64,000 nucleotides of DNA from Escherichia phage TH12: the sequence record MT446390.1; one strand, 5' to 3'. Made by a program: the position numbers and the translations under genes. How positions within the stretch are numbered: position 1 is the first letter of the stretch; each line of letters begins with the position of its first letter. Below the pieces are notes generated by a model. The model made no database searches. It had not been told where the DNA came from and worked only from the letters and a program-made list of their open reading frames with translations. Shown here one piece after another: positions 35,118 through 44,299 of this stretch.

Positions 35118-35372
35118 ATGGCTAAAGTTAGTATTGATGTCGTTGATTACGAATACACCGAAGAAGTTATTCGCAACCGTCACCCTGAAGTTCGTATCGA
35201 TTCAGCCCAAGATTCCAAGTTCTGGACAACTGAGCTTAATCTGAGTGGTCCTTATGAAGCTGTTAAGAAGTTCATGGTTGAAGAATACTGTGAAGGCATG
35301 CACCCCGAAGACGCCAAGTTTTATGTCAATTTGATTAAAAATAATTTACAAACTCTTGAGAGCAGAGTATAA
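35118..35372 (+). CDS. hypothetical protein
   Basis: 84 aa ORF with RBS AGAGGAGA. Confidence 0.5.
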   Translation: MAKVSIDVVDYEYTEEVIRNRHPEVRIDSAQDSKFWTTELNLSGPYEAVKKFMVEEYCEGMHPEDAKFYVNLIKNNLQTLESRV

Positions 35373-35414
35373 TGCTCTCATTGGATAATAAACCACCAAT
35401 TGAAAGGTAATAAT

Positions 35415-36008
35415 ATGAACACACTGAAGAAACTTGTTGAATTCATCCGCACTAAACTGGGTACTGCTATGGCTAAAAATCTGACTGTCGAAGAACAGTA
35501 TAACGCAGCTGCAGATAAGTTGATTACCCAAATCAAAGAACTAAAAACGGCTTCTGTTAAATCTATTAATGAAGAAAAACGTATTCGCGAACTTGTTATT
35601 GAAAAGAATAAGCAAGCCGCTTCTAAGGAACGTGAAATTCGTAAGCTCCTGGCTGAAGGACAAGATGTTACCATGCATGCTAAGCTTGGTCTTCTGTATC
35701 GTCGAACTGCCGAACAACTTAATACAAAAGCTGACGGGTATGCCGCTATGCGAATTGAAATTGCTCGTAAGGTGGTTGAACTTGATGATGCTCGTCAGAA
35801 TCTGGCAATCAAACTCGAATACATTCGTGAAACTCGAGCAGCCAATGCCCTTGGTATCTCTACGGCTGATGATGTAATTGAAATCGCTGCACTGACTAAG
35901 GTTGATATCGAAGACACTCTGACTCGTGTTGAAACGTTCAATGGTACTCCAGCCGGTGTCGAAACCACTTCTGCTGATGTACAAGAATATATTAACTCTT
36001 TGAAATAA
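35415..36008 (+). CDS. coiled-coil protein, possibly PspA/IM30-like
   Basis: Start at ATG 35415 ([23 protein letters not shown]...); long amphipathic helices reminiscent of PspA; followed by a terminator. Confidence 0.45.
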   Translation: MNTLKKLVEFIRTKLGTAMAKNLTVEEQYNAAADKLITQIKELKTASVKSINEEKRIRELVIEKNKQAASKEREIRKLLAEGQDVTMHAKLGLLYRRTAEQLNTKADGYAAMRIEIARKVVELDDARQNLAIKLEYIRETRAANALGISTADDVIEIAALTKVDIEDTLTRVETFNGTPAGVETTSADVQEYINSLK

Positions 36009-36016
36009 AATAATAC

Positions 36017-36038
36017 GGAGGACTCCGGTCCTCCTTTT
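36017..36038 (+). terminator. rho-independent terminator
   Basis: GGAGGAC-tccg-GTCCTCC followed by TTTTGG. Confidence 0.6.
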
Positions 36039-36057
36039 GGATAATAAAGGAGTTAAC

Positions 36058-36654
36058 ATGCGAAACCAAAATAATGATATTGACTCAATGTTCGAAGAGT
36101 TCCGAGATAAGGTAAATCCACCTACGTCTTTAGTTGATTCATTACGATATGTTGCAACCGGACGTAAATGGTACTGGTCGTCTTCTTATGAGACAACTGA
36201 ATATGCAAATAACCGAAAATCTTTATTAGCCCCAGGTATTATGATTCATGATATCGGAGCTATTGCTAAACTAGTTGCAGACCATGATATTAGATTCACT
36301 GATTTCGTTGCTCCTACGTGGTCTGTTTGTTGTTTAAACACCGAATGGGACTATATCAGTGAACGTTCAGATGATTACGTAGGCTTTAGAGACAAGCTTT
36401 TAAGGTCTAACATGTTTTATATTGATACAGAAGTTCTTGTCAATAATAAAAAATACTACTTCACTTTAATCGTCGATTCTGAAACTATGTATGAAGGCAA
36501 GCCTTTGCTTAAGAGAGTTGATGCTTTAAGTGCTATTGATGCGCTTTATGAAACTATGGTTGTTAGTCCTAATTTCACTAACAATTTAATCCTTGAGCAA
36601 TTTATTATGGAATGTAGAGAATATGTCAAAGCCAACCCTATACATGCCAAGTAA
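36058..36654 (+). CDS. hypothetical protein
   Basis: Start at ATG 36058 (MRNQNNDIDSMFEEF...) with RBS AAAGGAG. Confidence 0.5.
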   Translation: MRNQNNDIDSMFEEFRDKVNPPTSLVDSLRYVATGRKWYWSSSYETTEYANNRKSLLAPGIMIHDIGAIAKLVADHDIRFTDFVAPTWSVCCLNTEWDYISERSDDYVGFRDKLLRSNMFYIDTEVLVNNKKYYFTLIVDSETMYEGKPLLKRVDALSAIDALYETMVVSPNFTNNLILEQFIMECREYVKANPIHAK

Positions 36655-37015
36655 GCCCTGGGCGTATGAATACAAGCGTAAATTAATCCCAAATGAAGTA
36701 CTATTTGGCCCTATTTTAGCTTTAGCATTTTTAATCTTTATGATTATAGGAGCCGTTTTAGATTCTAGTGAAGTTATATCGTCTGATGCAGCATTTTCAT
36801 TAATGTTCGACGCACCACTTATTGTACCGTTTTTATTAATGCCTATTAACTGGATGGGATATTGGTACCAAGGACGTCATCACAGAGCCCGATTAAGAGA
36901 ATGGAAAGTTCAGTGCGCAAAAGCCCAAGCTCAGTATGATGAAGCTGTTAAAAAGTATGAATATGAAGAAGCTATGGAATTCGTTAAGGAAATAAGATGC
37001 AAAAGCCTTAACTGA
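36623..37015 (+). CDS. hypothetical membrane protein
   Basis: Start at ATG 36623 (MSKPTLYMPSKPWAYEY...); two hydrophobic helices. Confidence 0.45.
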   Translation: MSKPTLYMPSKPWAYEYKRKLIPNEVLFGPILALAFLIFMIIGAVLDSSEVISSDAAFSLMFDAPLIVPFLLMPINWMGYWYQGRHHRARLREWKVQCAKAQAQYDEAVKKYEYEEAMEFVKEIRCKSLN

Positions 37016-37113
37016 ATTTATGCTGTTTACGCTTCTCAAATGATTAGTTATAATGAACTCCTAGCTAAACGTGAAAATGAAACAATCGAAAACTTTATTA
37101 AGGAATGTAGAAA

Positions 37114-37419
37114 ATGAGTAAGATTATTGAAATTAAAGTACCAGAGTTTAATGATGCCAAATCCGCTTCAGATGCAATTTATAAACTTCTGAATCAAGCT
37201 GAACGTATCGAAGAAGAAGCAACAAAGATCGCAGACCAATATGCAGTATCATTTTCTGTAGGTGATTATGGTAGCGGCCGTACTTATTATCCTAAGGGTG
37301 AAATCGTATCCCAGTGGATGAAAGATGAAATTGAAAATAATGGTGGCGATGTTAAGCGTGAAGGTAATGGTTACGTTATTACTGAAGGTGCTTGGGTTTC
37401 GTCTTCTGCGTTGTGCTAA
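37114..37419 (+). CDS. hypothetical protein, paralog family member A (C-terminal GAWVSSSALC)
   Basis: 101 aa ORF with RBS; shares YG-G-TY--PG and C-terminal GWVSSS--C motifs with the next two ORFs. Confidence 0.5.
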   Translation: MSKIIEIKVPEFNDAKSASDAIYKLLNQAERIEEEATKIADQYAVSFSVGDYGSGRTYYPKGEIVSQWMKDEIENNGGDVKREGNGYVITEGAWVSSSALC

Positions 37420-37428
37420 GGAATCATT

Positions 37429-37701
37429 ATGTCTAAAGAACAAACCGAACTGGCTGAAGCTGTAGCAAAAATCTATGCAGCTATTGAGGCTGCCAAAGAA
37501 ATTGCTAATAAACAAAACACAACATTCAACTTGTATCCAGCTTATGGCATGGGTGGAACCTATCATTCACCAGGACATCTTAAAGCCGATCTTGAACGTT
37601 GTACAAAAAACGGTTATGCTGAATGGGCCGACGTTTACCAATACGACTACAACTTGAGCCTTGAAGATGGTGGTTGGGTTGCATCTTCTCACACTTGTTA
37701 A
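37429..37701 (+). CDS. hypothetical protein, paralog family member B (C-terminal GGWVASSHTC)
   Basis: 90 aa ORF; conserved junction TAAGGAATCATTATG. Confidence 0.5.
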   Translation: MSKEQTELAEAVAKIYAAIEAAKEIANKQNTTFNLYPAYGMGGTYHSPGHLKADLERCTKNGYAEWADVYQYDYNLSLEDGGWVASSHTC

Positions 37702-37710
37702 GGAAATCAT

Positions 37711-37908
37711 ATGTCTCGTGAATTAGATTGTGCTGTACGTACGGCCGTAGCTGCTCTAGAAAACCTGTTCCAGATTGCAACCGAAGAGCGTGAAGAAGTT
37801 ACATTGTGGATTGAAGATAATGCAGGTCTGAATCTCCAGGACGCAATCTCGTTATCAAATAATAGTATTACTGTTCAAGGCTGGGTATCATCTAGTTATT
37901 CTTGCTAA
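37711..37908 (+). CDS. hypothetical protein, paralog family member C (C-terminal QGWVSSSYSC)
   Basis: 65 aa ORF; conserved junction TAAGGAAATCATATG. Confidence 0.5.
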   Translation: MSRELDCAVRTAVAALENLFQIATEEREEVTLWIEDNAGLNLQDAISLSNNSITVQGWVSSSYSC

Positions 37909-37913
37909 AACAG

Positions 37914-37950
37914 TTTACAACAAGATAGGGCTATGTTATAGTAGTCCTAT
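37914..37950 (+). promoter_or_regulatory. early promoter / stem-loop cassette
   Basis: GTTTAC -35; element ATAGGGCTATGTTATAGTAGTCCTAT, one mismatch from the 31040 copy. Confidence 0.6.
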
Positions 37951-37970
37951 CAAATTAAATGGAGACAACA

Positions 37971-38210
37971 ATGGTTTATTACGAAAGTATAGGAACCGAA
38001 GTAGTTGCTAAAACTATTACTCGTGAAAAGTTTGCAAAGATATTCGATATGCGTTATAAAAAATCTGAACACAAAGGCATCCGATTCGAAGATGCGCACT
38101 GTACAATTTGCCCTTATAATGAAGACATAAACGGCACAATCGTTCCATTAGTAGAGGCTTCACATGACGACCTCTGGGATGAATATAATATCGCATGTCG
38201 CGAAATTTAA
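37971..38210 (+). CDS. hypothetical protein
   Basis: Start at second ATG (MVYYESIGTEVVAK...), which has RBS GGAGACAACA. Confidence 0.5.
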   Translation: MVYYESIGTEVVAKTITREKFAKIFDMRYKKSEHKGIRFEDAHCTICPYNEDINGTIVPLVEASHDDLWDEYNIACREI

Positions 38211-38235
38211 GTAATCTAAATTCGAGGAAAATATT

Positions 38236-39192
38236 ATGATGTTAGTTATTGGTTCTCGTGCACTTCACTATCACGGTCTTATTGATTCTAGCGCTATCAA
38301 AAATAGTGACTGGGACTTTATTGCGGACCAAGGTTCTTGGAATGTATTCAAAAATCAAATGATGGGTGTATATGTTCACCAAGATAACCCTGATGTCCAA
38401 GTTTTCAAATGCTTCCATAATGGACGCGAAACTCATTTTGAAGCATATATTGTTCCGGCAATCACTAATGTCCGTGAATTAGTCGGTGAACTCACTCCTG
38501 AAGATTTCACGTCTTCTTATGACCTTTTAAAATACGCCAAGAAAAATTTGACTAAAGACCGTTTGAACGGGTTTTACTGGGCAACTCCTGAGATGTGTCT
38601 TGCAATTAAGATGTCTCATCGTTTCAAGAAAAATAATCCATTCTTTTTAAAGACTATGAACCATATTCAGTATCTTCGTGGTAAAGGTGTTACACTTAAC
38701 GATGAACTTACTGAAATTATGCTGAAACGCCAGAAAGAAACCTTGAACTATGCTCACCCAGTTCTTGACACTTCTAAAAGCGCATTCTTTAAAGATGACA
38801 TCTATACGTATGACCATGATACTATTCACGAAGCCATTGCACTAACAGACCGTCCAGCGTATACATTTTATATGAAAGATGGTTCTGAAGTCATGACCTC
38901 ACGCGAGAAGTTCGAATCATTACCAGAAATGGTCAAATTAGCCGGCGTATACGAAGAATCATGTGTACTAGCGTTAGAACGTTCTCAGATTCCTAATAAC
39001 TTTGAAATCCATCCACGTGATAGTTTTATGATGGCATTAGAAAAAGTCTGTACTTCAATCACGTCAGGCTGGTTCCGTGAATACGCTTGGGAAAACTACA
39101 GCAAAGTTGTAAGTATGTACCAAAGCTTAGGACATGACGATTATGTAAAACGTTTTAAACAAAATTTCCATATGGTAAAACCTTTCAAATAA
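38236..39192 (+). CDS. hypothetical protein with possible nucleotidyltransferase-fold motif
   Basis: 318 aa; N-terminal VIGSRALHYHGLIDSSAIKNSDWDF resembles the G[GS]...DxD NTase signature with a longer spacer. Confidence 0.5.
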   Translation: MMLVIGSRALHYHGLIDSSAIKNSDWDFIADQGSWNVFKNQMMGVYVHQDNPDVQVFKCFHNGRETHFEAYIVPAITNVRELVGELTPEDFTSSYDLLKYAKKNLTKDRLNGFYWATPEMCLAIKMSHRFKKNNPFFLKTMNHIQYLRGKGVTLNDELTEIMLKRQKETLNYAHPVLDTSKSAFFKDDIYTYDHDTIHEAIALTDRPAYTFYMKDGSEVMTSREKFESLPEMVKLAGVYEESCVLALERSQIPNNFEIHPRDSFMMALEKVCTSITSGWFREYAWENYSKVVSMYQSLGHDDYVKRFKQNFHMVKPFK

Positions 39193-39204
39193 TTTCGCAA
39201 AACT

Positions 39205-39242
39205 GTTTACACAATTATAGGACTATGTTATAGTAGTCCTAT
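39205..39242 (+). promoter_or_regulatory. early promoter / stem-loop cassette
   Basis: GTTTAC; exact copy of the 26-nt element ATAGGACTATGTTATAGTAGTCCTAT at 39217-39242. Confidence 0.6.
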
Positions 39243-39262
39243 TAAAACATGAGGAGAATATT

Positions 39263-39568
39263 ATGAAATTAGGCGAAACCAACCGAATTGGTCTTTTAAC
39301 TATATTTGTATCACTTTTTTACGTAGCTCTTTCTGTTGCAGTATTACAAAAGGCTTACGATATGGATGGTGTTCCTGGTTTTGTATTCTTATCACCATTT
39401 TTATTATTCGTCGGGGCTTTGTTATTATATGCCACGACTAGTTTTGACCATAACGTCTGGGTTAATTATAAATGTAAATTGTCTGAAGAAGAACACGCAG
39501 AAGCTCGTAAAAAAGCTATTGAATCTACCAATCTAGAAAATTTCATTAAAGAATGTCGAGGAAAATAA
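39263..39568 (+). CDS. hypothetical membrane protein
   Basis: 101 aa; two hydrophobic helices; RBS GAGGAGAA. Confidence 0.5.
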   Translation: MKLGETNRIGLLTIFVSLFYVALSVAVLQKAYDMDGVPGFVFLSPFLLFVGALLLYATTSFDHNVWVNYKCKLSEEEHAEARKKAIESTNLENFIKECRGK

Positions 39569-39569
39569 T

Positions 39570-40256
39570 ATGAATAGTTCTAAAGTGTTTAATAGTCAAG
39601 CTCGTGCAGTAGGTGGTTTTGCTCATAACGTACAAAATGACCAAATCAAAAATGAACCAATGTTCTTTAACTGTGATTTGAGTTTTGCTTGGGATAACGG
39701 CGGTCCTATTACTCGTAGCTTTATTGCCAATCTCCCAATTGATTGGACTAATCAACATGTTGTATTTGATTCTCGGGTTCATATGCTGATGCCTGGTTGG
39801 TATCCTGCTATTCCTGGATATCACCATGACGATGTTCCTCGCCCTGATATTCCAGTCGGCCAACACTTTATTACTGCAGGACAACCTGACTATGATAACC
39901 CTCGTTACCATTCTGAACATATTCTTGGTCTTGTTAACGCTGACGTGTGTCCTACTCATTTTGCAACAGGAACTGCAGAGTTCAGTCAGATTCCTGATGG
40001 CGAACTTATCTATCGCCAATGGCACAAAGAAGTCCTCGAAAAAATTGAAAAAGGTGAACTAGAGAAATGGGAAGCTCCAGACCGTACTCTTCTTCAGTTT
40101 GATTGGCAAACATGGCACACTGGTTCTCGTGCAATTAGTAATGGATGGCGTTGGTTCGGACGTGTATCTCGTAATACAGACCGAGTTAAAAAGATTACCA
40201 ATGAAATTCGTGTCAATGCCCAAGTTTATCTGGAATTCCCTATGGAAGGCTGGTAA
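39570..40256 (+). CDS. hypothetical protein
   Basis: 228 aa ORF, His/Trp-rich; translationally coupled to upstream gene. Confidence 0.55.
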   Translation: MNSSKVFNSQARAVGGFAHNVQNDQIKNEPMFFNCDLSFAWDNGGPITRSFIANLPIDWTNQHVVFDSRVHMLMPGWYPAIPGYHHDDVPRPDIPVGQHFITAGQPDYDNPRYHSEHILGLVNADVCPTHFATGTAEFSQIPDGELIYRQWHKEVLEKIEKGELEKWEAPDRTLLQFDWQTWHTGSRAISNGWRWFGRVSRNTDRVKKITNEIRVNAQVYLEFPMEGW

Positions 40257-40747
40257 TGATTAACAAAACATATTGGTCTAATATTGACGACGGCAATGAA
40301 GGTATTTCATACTATTCAGTAGATTGGACAGGATGTCCATCCTACTTAGTGAAACGTATTTGTCAAGAATTTAAAATCGACCAGCCAGCAGGTATTATCG
40401 TGAACAGATACATTAATGGATATCAACCTATCGATGAAGTAATACGAACAACTCAAGCTGATCTTGAAAAGTTTTTCAATAAGTGTCAATGGATAACAGG
40501 ATGGATTATATTTGTACCGTCGGTATGGTTTTTTAGTACTAAAGTAAGTGCCTTTGCCATACCAGATATTATCGCTATCTTATTAGCATCTACTATCGTA
40601 AGTATTATTGGTGGTATTATTGGTGGAGGTACTATAGGCATCATTATTAATCTTGTTAAAAGTAGTTTACAGGAACGTAAAGACAAGATAAAGGCCAAGA
40701 ATAATGAAGTTGAACGTTTTATTACCGAATGCAGGAATTTGAGATGA
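40256..40747 (+). CDS. hypothetical membrane protein
   Basis: 163 aa; C-terminal Gly/Ile-rich TM segments. Confidence 0.5.
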   Translation: MINKTYWSNIDDGNEGISYYSVDWTGCPSYLVKRICQEFKIDQPAGIIVNRYINGYQPIDEVIRTTQADLEKFFNKCQWITGWIIFVPSVWFFSTKVSAFAIPDIIAILLASTIVSIIGGIIGGGTIGIIINLVKSSLQERKDKIKAKNNEVERFITECRNLR

Positions 40748-40980
40748 GTATAGCAATTTACATTAAATCAGAATCATGTGATAGTTATCTGTACACATAT
40801 GATAAAGATGTGTCAGAAGAAAAAATCAAAGACGATCTTAATATGGACCTTGATTTGTTCAGTCCTATTGCAGATTACAAACTTGCGGTCTCTAATAGTG
40901 AAAGTCCATCTAAAGAAACGCGTATTGAAGAATTTATGTCCGAATTAATGGCCAAATCATGGGACCGAGATGATGAGTAA
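40729..40980 (+). CDS. small acidic hypothetical protein
   Basis: 83 aa ORF overlapping neighbours. Confidence 0.4.
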   Translation: MQEFEMSIAIYIKSESCDSYLYTYDKDVSEEKIKDDLNMDLDLFSPIADYKLAVSNSESPSKETRIEEFMSELMAKSWDRDDE

Positions 40981-41428
40981 GAAAAATAAAGTGAAAGAAC
41001 TATCAGCCGGTATTATCTTCATGACAAAAGATAAAGAATTATTCATGGGTCGTGTAACTGGTTCTCGTCCTAAAGGTGCATTAGCTCATCGGTGGGATAT
41101 TCCTAAAGGCCGTGTCGAACCTGGCGAATCTCCTATCGAAGCCGCTATTCGTGAATGCGAAGAAGAAACTGGGTTTACACAATATGACCCTGCCTTCCTG
41201 AAAGACCTAGGTGAACATCATTACTCAGATAATAAGAATATTCATCTGTTCCTATATACCATCCCTGTAGAGCACGAGCAATTCAGAAACAGTGTTTGTA
41301 ATTCATATCATACATTCCCGGACGGACGACAGATTCCTGAATTTGATGCATTCGCTTTAATTAAACCTTCTCAATGGGAATATGTAATGGGCAAATCATT
41401 ATATAAGGTGCTCACTACCATCCTATAA
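40970..41428 (+). CDS. nudE: Nudix hydrolase NudE (e.1)
   Basis: 152 aa; Nudix box GRVEPGESPIEAAIRECEEETG; immediately upstream of e as in T4. Confidence 0.85.
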   Translation: MMSKKNKVKELSAGIIFMTKDKELFMGRVTGSRPKGALAHRWDIPKGRVEPGESPIEAAIRECEEETGFTQYDPAFLKDLGEHHYSDNKNIHLFLYTIPVEHEQFRNSVCNSYHTFPDGRQIPEFDAFALIKPSQWEYVMGKSLYKVLTTIL

Positions 41429-41462
41429 GTAATAAATACCTCCTATAAACGTGGGAGGTATT

Positions 41463-41951
41463 ATGAATATATTTGAAATGCTTCGTAATGACGAAGGTCT
41501 TAGACTGACTTTATACAAAGACACTGAAGGCTTTTGGACGATTGGCATAGGCCATTTAGTAACAAAGAACCCGTCTTTAGCCGTAGCTAAAGCTGAACTT
41601 GACAGAATGATCGGTCGTAAATGCAACGGTACAATTACCCTTGATGAGGCTGAAAAGCTATTTAATGAAGACGTCGATAAAGCCGTTCGCGGAATCTTGG
41701 GTAATGCTAAACTTAAACCGGTATATGATTCTTTAGACGCGGTTCGTCGATGTGCATTGGTCAATATGGTCTTCCAAATGGGTGTAGCAGGCGTTGCTGG
41801 TTTTACTAATTCTCTTCGTATGCTTCAACAGAAACGTTGGGATGAAGCGGCAGTAAATCTCGCCCAATCTAAATGGTATCGTCAGACACCTAATCGCGCG
41901 AAACGCGTAATCTCAACATTTAAAACAGGAACTTGGAAAGCGTATATATGA
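41463..41951 (+). CDS. e: endolysin (T4 lysozyme, gene e)
   Basis: Start at internal Met ([32 protein letters not shown]...); near-identical to T4 lysozyme including catalytic E11/D20/T26 context. Confidence 0.95.
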   Translation: MNIFEMLRNDEGLRLTLYKDTEGFWTIGIGHLVTKNPSLAVAKAELDRMIGRKCNGTITLDEAEKLFNEDVDKAVRGILGNAKLKPVYDSLDAVRRCALVNMVFQMGVAGVAGFTNSLRMLQQKRWDEAAVNLAQSKWYRQTPNRAKRVISTFKTGTWKAYI

Positions 41952-42229
41952 AAACATATAGTGAATTTTTATCAGAATCTATTCTTAACGAAGCTACTGA
42001 CACATTTGCAACTAAGCTAGGTGCAGCTTTGGTTGAAGCCGAAAGTCTATTAGCACGTATTTCTGAACTTGCTAGTAAGATAGATACTCGCAAATTTGAA
42101 CGTACCAGCGATATCGCTAAGCTTGAAGCCTTGTTACGTATGTGCGATAAACCGGAAGAAATCGCTAAGAACGGCTCGCTGATGAAACAACGTCTTGAAA
42201 AATATATTTCAGGCGCTTCAGAAAAATAG
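41933..42229 (+). CDS. internal-protein-like protein with capsid targeting sequence
   Basis: 98 aa; N-terminus [18 protein letters not shown]. Confidence 0.6.
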   Translation: MESVYMKTYSEFLSESILNEATDTFATKLGAALVEAESLLARISELASKIDTRKFERTSDIAKLEALLRMCDKPEEIAKNGSLMKQRLEKYISGASEK

Positions 42230-42230
42230 T

Positions 42231-42284
42231 GTTTACTTCCTCCAAGGGTTTTGATACTATACATTCATCAACTACTTGGAGGAA
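42231..42284 (+). promoter_or_regulatory. early promoter for denV embedded in a 10-bp inverted repeat that pairs the RBS
   Basis: GTTTAC at 42231-42236, TACTAT at 42255-42260; TTCCTCCAAG (42237-42246) is the exact reverse complement of CTTGGAGGAA (42275-42284). Confidence 0.6.
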
Positions 42285-42287
42285 ATT

Positions 42288-42701
42288 ATGACTCGTATCA
42301 ATTTAACACTTGTTTCTGAACTGACCGATCAACATCTTATGGCTGAGTATCGTGAATTACCACGCGTATTTAGTGCAGTCCGTAAACATGTCCAAAACGG
42401 TAAACGTGTAAAGGATTTTAAAATCTCTCCAACATTTATCTTAGGCACAGGTCACGTAACATTCTTTTACGACAAACTTGAATTTTTACGTTTACGACAA
42501 ATCGAGCTAATCGCTGAATGCTTGAAACGTGGTTTCAAAATCAAGGACACGACAGTCCAGGATATTTCCGACATCCCTGCCGAATTTCGTAATAATTATG
42601 TCCCGTCCGAAGCGTCCGTTGCGATAAGTCAAGCACGCTTAGATGAAAAAATTGCTCAACGTCCTACTTGGTACAAATACTATGGTAAATCAATTTACTA
42701 A
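42288..42701 (+). CDS. denV: endonuclease V, pyrimidine dimer DNA glycosylase (DenV)
   Basis: Start at [28 protein letters not shown]...; near-identical to T4 DenV. Confidence 0.95.
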   Translation: MTRINLTLVSELTDQHLMAEYRELPRVFSAVRKHVQNGKRVKDFKISPTFILGTGHVTFFYDKLEFLRLRQIELIAECLKRGFKIKDTTVQDISDIPAEFRNNYVPSEASVAISQARLDEKIAQRPTWYKYYGKSIY

Positions 42702-42707
42702 GGAAAA

Positions 42708-42968
42708 ATGAAAATGTATCAAGAATTTATCATTGAAGCAGATGCCAAAGGTCCTAAATTTAAAGTTAAAGCTTTCATTGGTGATGCCGAAGACTTTGGC
42801 TCATTAAAACGTAATGGGTATTCTTTCTTAGGTGGCGATGGTAAAGAAATCAACACCTATGCAAAACGTAGTGAAATTGCTTATGTTGTAGTAAATCCTA
42901 AAGTAGATGTTGACGATATTGGATACGATTTTAACAACTTCGGAATTATTTCTGGCGGTAAAGCTTAA
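42708..42968 (+). CDS. internal-protein-like protein with capsid targeting sequence
   Basis: 86 aa; N-terminus MKMYQEFIIEADAKG. Confidence 0.6.
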   Translation: MKMYQEFIIEADAKGPKFKVKAFIGDAEDFGSLKRNGYSFLGGDGKEINTYAKRSEIAYVVVNPKVDVDDIGYDFNNFGIISGGKA

Positions 42969-42971
42969 ATT

Positions 42972-43001
42972 GTTTACGCTTAAGTATTAATATGGTATAA
43001 T
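42972..43001 (+). promoter_or_regulatory. early promoter
   Basis: GTTTAC, 18 nt, TATAAT. Confidence 0.6.
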
Positions 43002-43032
43002 TACTCTATCAAAACAAACAAGGAAACAAAAA

Positions 43033-43335
43033 ATGAAAACATATCAAGAATTTATTACTGAAGCGCGAGTGAGTGCAGGTAAATTAGAAGCCGCTATAAA
43101 TAAAAAGGCCCATTCATTTCATGATTTGTCCGATAAAGACCGTAAGAAACTTGTAAGCCTTTATATTGACAAAGAGCGTATTCTCGCTCTTCCTGGCGCT
43201 AATGAAGGTAAACAGGCCAAGCCTTTGAATGCTGTCGAAAAGAAAATTGATAACTTTGCTTCTAAATTCGGTATGTCTATGGATGACCTTCAGCAAGCGG
43301 CTATCGAAGCAGCTAAAGTAATTAAAGGTAAATAA
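43033..43335 (+). CDS. ipII: internal protein II (IPII)-like, capsid-targeted
   Basis: 100 aa; N-terminus MKTYQEFITEARVSAGKLEAA...; basic. Confidence 0.7.
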   Translation: MKTYQEFITEARVSAGKLEAAINKKAHSFHDLSDKDRKKLVSLYIDKERILALPGANEGKQAKPLNAVEKKIDNFASKFGMSMDDLQQAAIEAAKVIKGK

Positions 43336-43448
43336 CAGTTTACTTTCTCCTAGAATTGTGATAGTATATTCATAATTACTTAGAGGGGTAAATACAGAAA
43401 TGGACAATTCATGCGCCACGGAATGGCCCAACCTAAAAGAGAAACTAA

Positions 43449-43988
43449 ATGAGAACATTTTTAACTGGTCCTTATCTATCCCTGATGAATGCTTTTACAC
43501 ACCATTCTGATGTTAGAGTAGAAGAAATTTGTAAGAACGGTTATGCCCCACCATTTGAAGACGTACTCAAGCAGTACTGTACACTTCGTTTAGACGGCGG
43601 CAGACAATCAGGTAAATCGACTGCAGTAACTAATTTTGCTGTTAATTGGCTGTATGACGGTGGAACAGTTATTGTTCTTTCTAATACTTCAGCCTATGCT
43701 AAAATTTCTGCTGGCAACATTAAAAAAGAATTTTCTCGTTATTCTAGCGATGATATTCGATTCCGTTTATTTACCGATTCTGTCCGTAGTTTTATTGGCA
43801 ATGAAGGTTCTAAATTCCGTGGATTAACGCTTTCTCGTATTCTGTACATAATTGACGAGCCTATTAAAGCTCCTGATATGGATAAGATTTACAATGTCCA
43901 TATTAAAACAGTCCAACACTGTTGCAAAAGCAAATATTGCATCGGCGGTAATGCTCGTCCTCAATTTTTTGTGATTGGAATGCAATGA
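43449..43988 (+). CDS. hypothetical P-loop protein
   Basis: 179 aa; Walker A-like GGRQSGKST. Confidence 0.5.
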   Translation: MRTFLTGPYLSLMNAFTHHSDVRVEEICKNGYAPPFEDVLKQYCTLRLDGGRQSGKSTAVTNFAVNWLYDGGTVIVLSNTSAYAKISAGNIKKEFSRYSSDDIRFRLFTDSVRSFIGNEGSKFRGLTLSRILYIIDEPIKAPDMDKIYNVHIKTVQHCCKSKYCIGGNARPQFFVIGMQ

Positions 43989-44293
43989 TGACCACTATTG
44001 AAGTTTTTGAATATTGTTATAACAGCCCAGTATGCAATAAAAGGGCTCTTGTAGAAAATTATGAGATTTACCATTTTAAACCTAAACGATATCGTTTGAC
44101 TAAAGGCCCGTTCGCAGGGCAGCAGGTTCTTTGTACTGCTCCTAATGCACGGTTTATGACTAGTATTCCGCATTTCAAAATGGAATTTATTGATGGGCCG
44201 TTTAAGGGATTAATCACTCAAAGTTTAATGGCGTTTAATTCTGACCCATTTTTGATTAAAGAAAAAACTTGGATAAATTTATTTTCTAATTGA
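43985..44293 (+). CDS. hypothetical protein
   Basis: 102 aa ORF, ATGA overlap with upstream gene. Confidence 0.45.
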   Translation: MMTTIEVFEYCYNSPVCNKRALVENYEIYHFKPKRYRLTKGPFAGQQVLCTAPNARFMTSIPHFKMEFIDGPFKGLITQSLMAFNSDPFLIKEKTWINLFSN

Positions 44294-44299
44294 GGTTAT

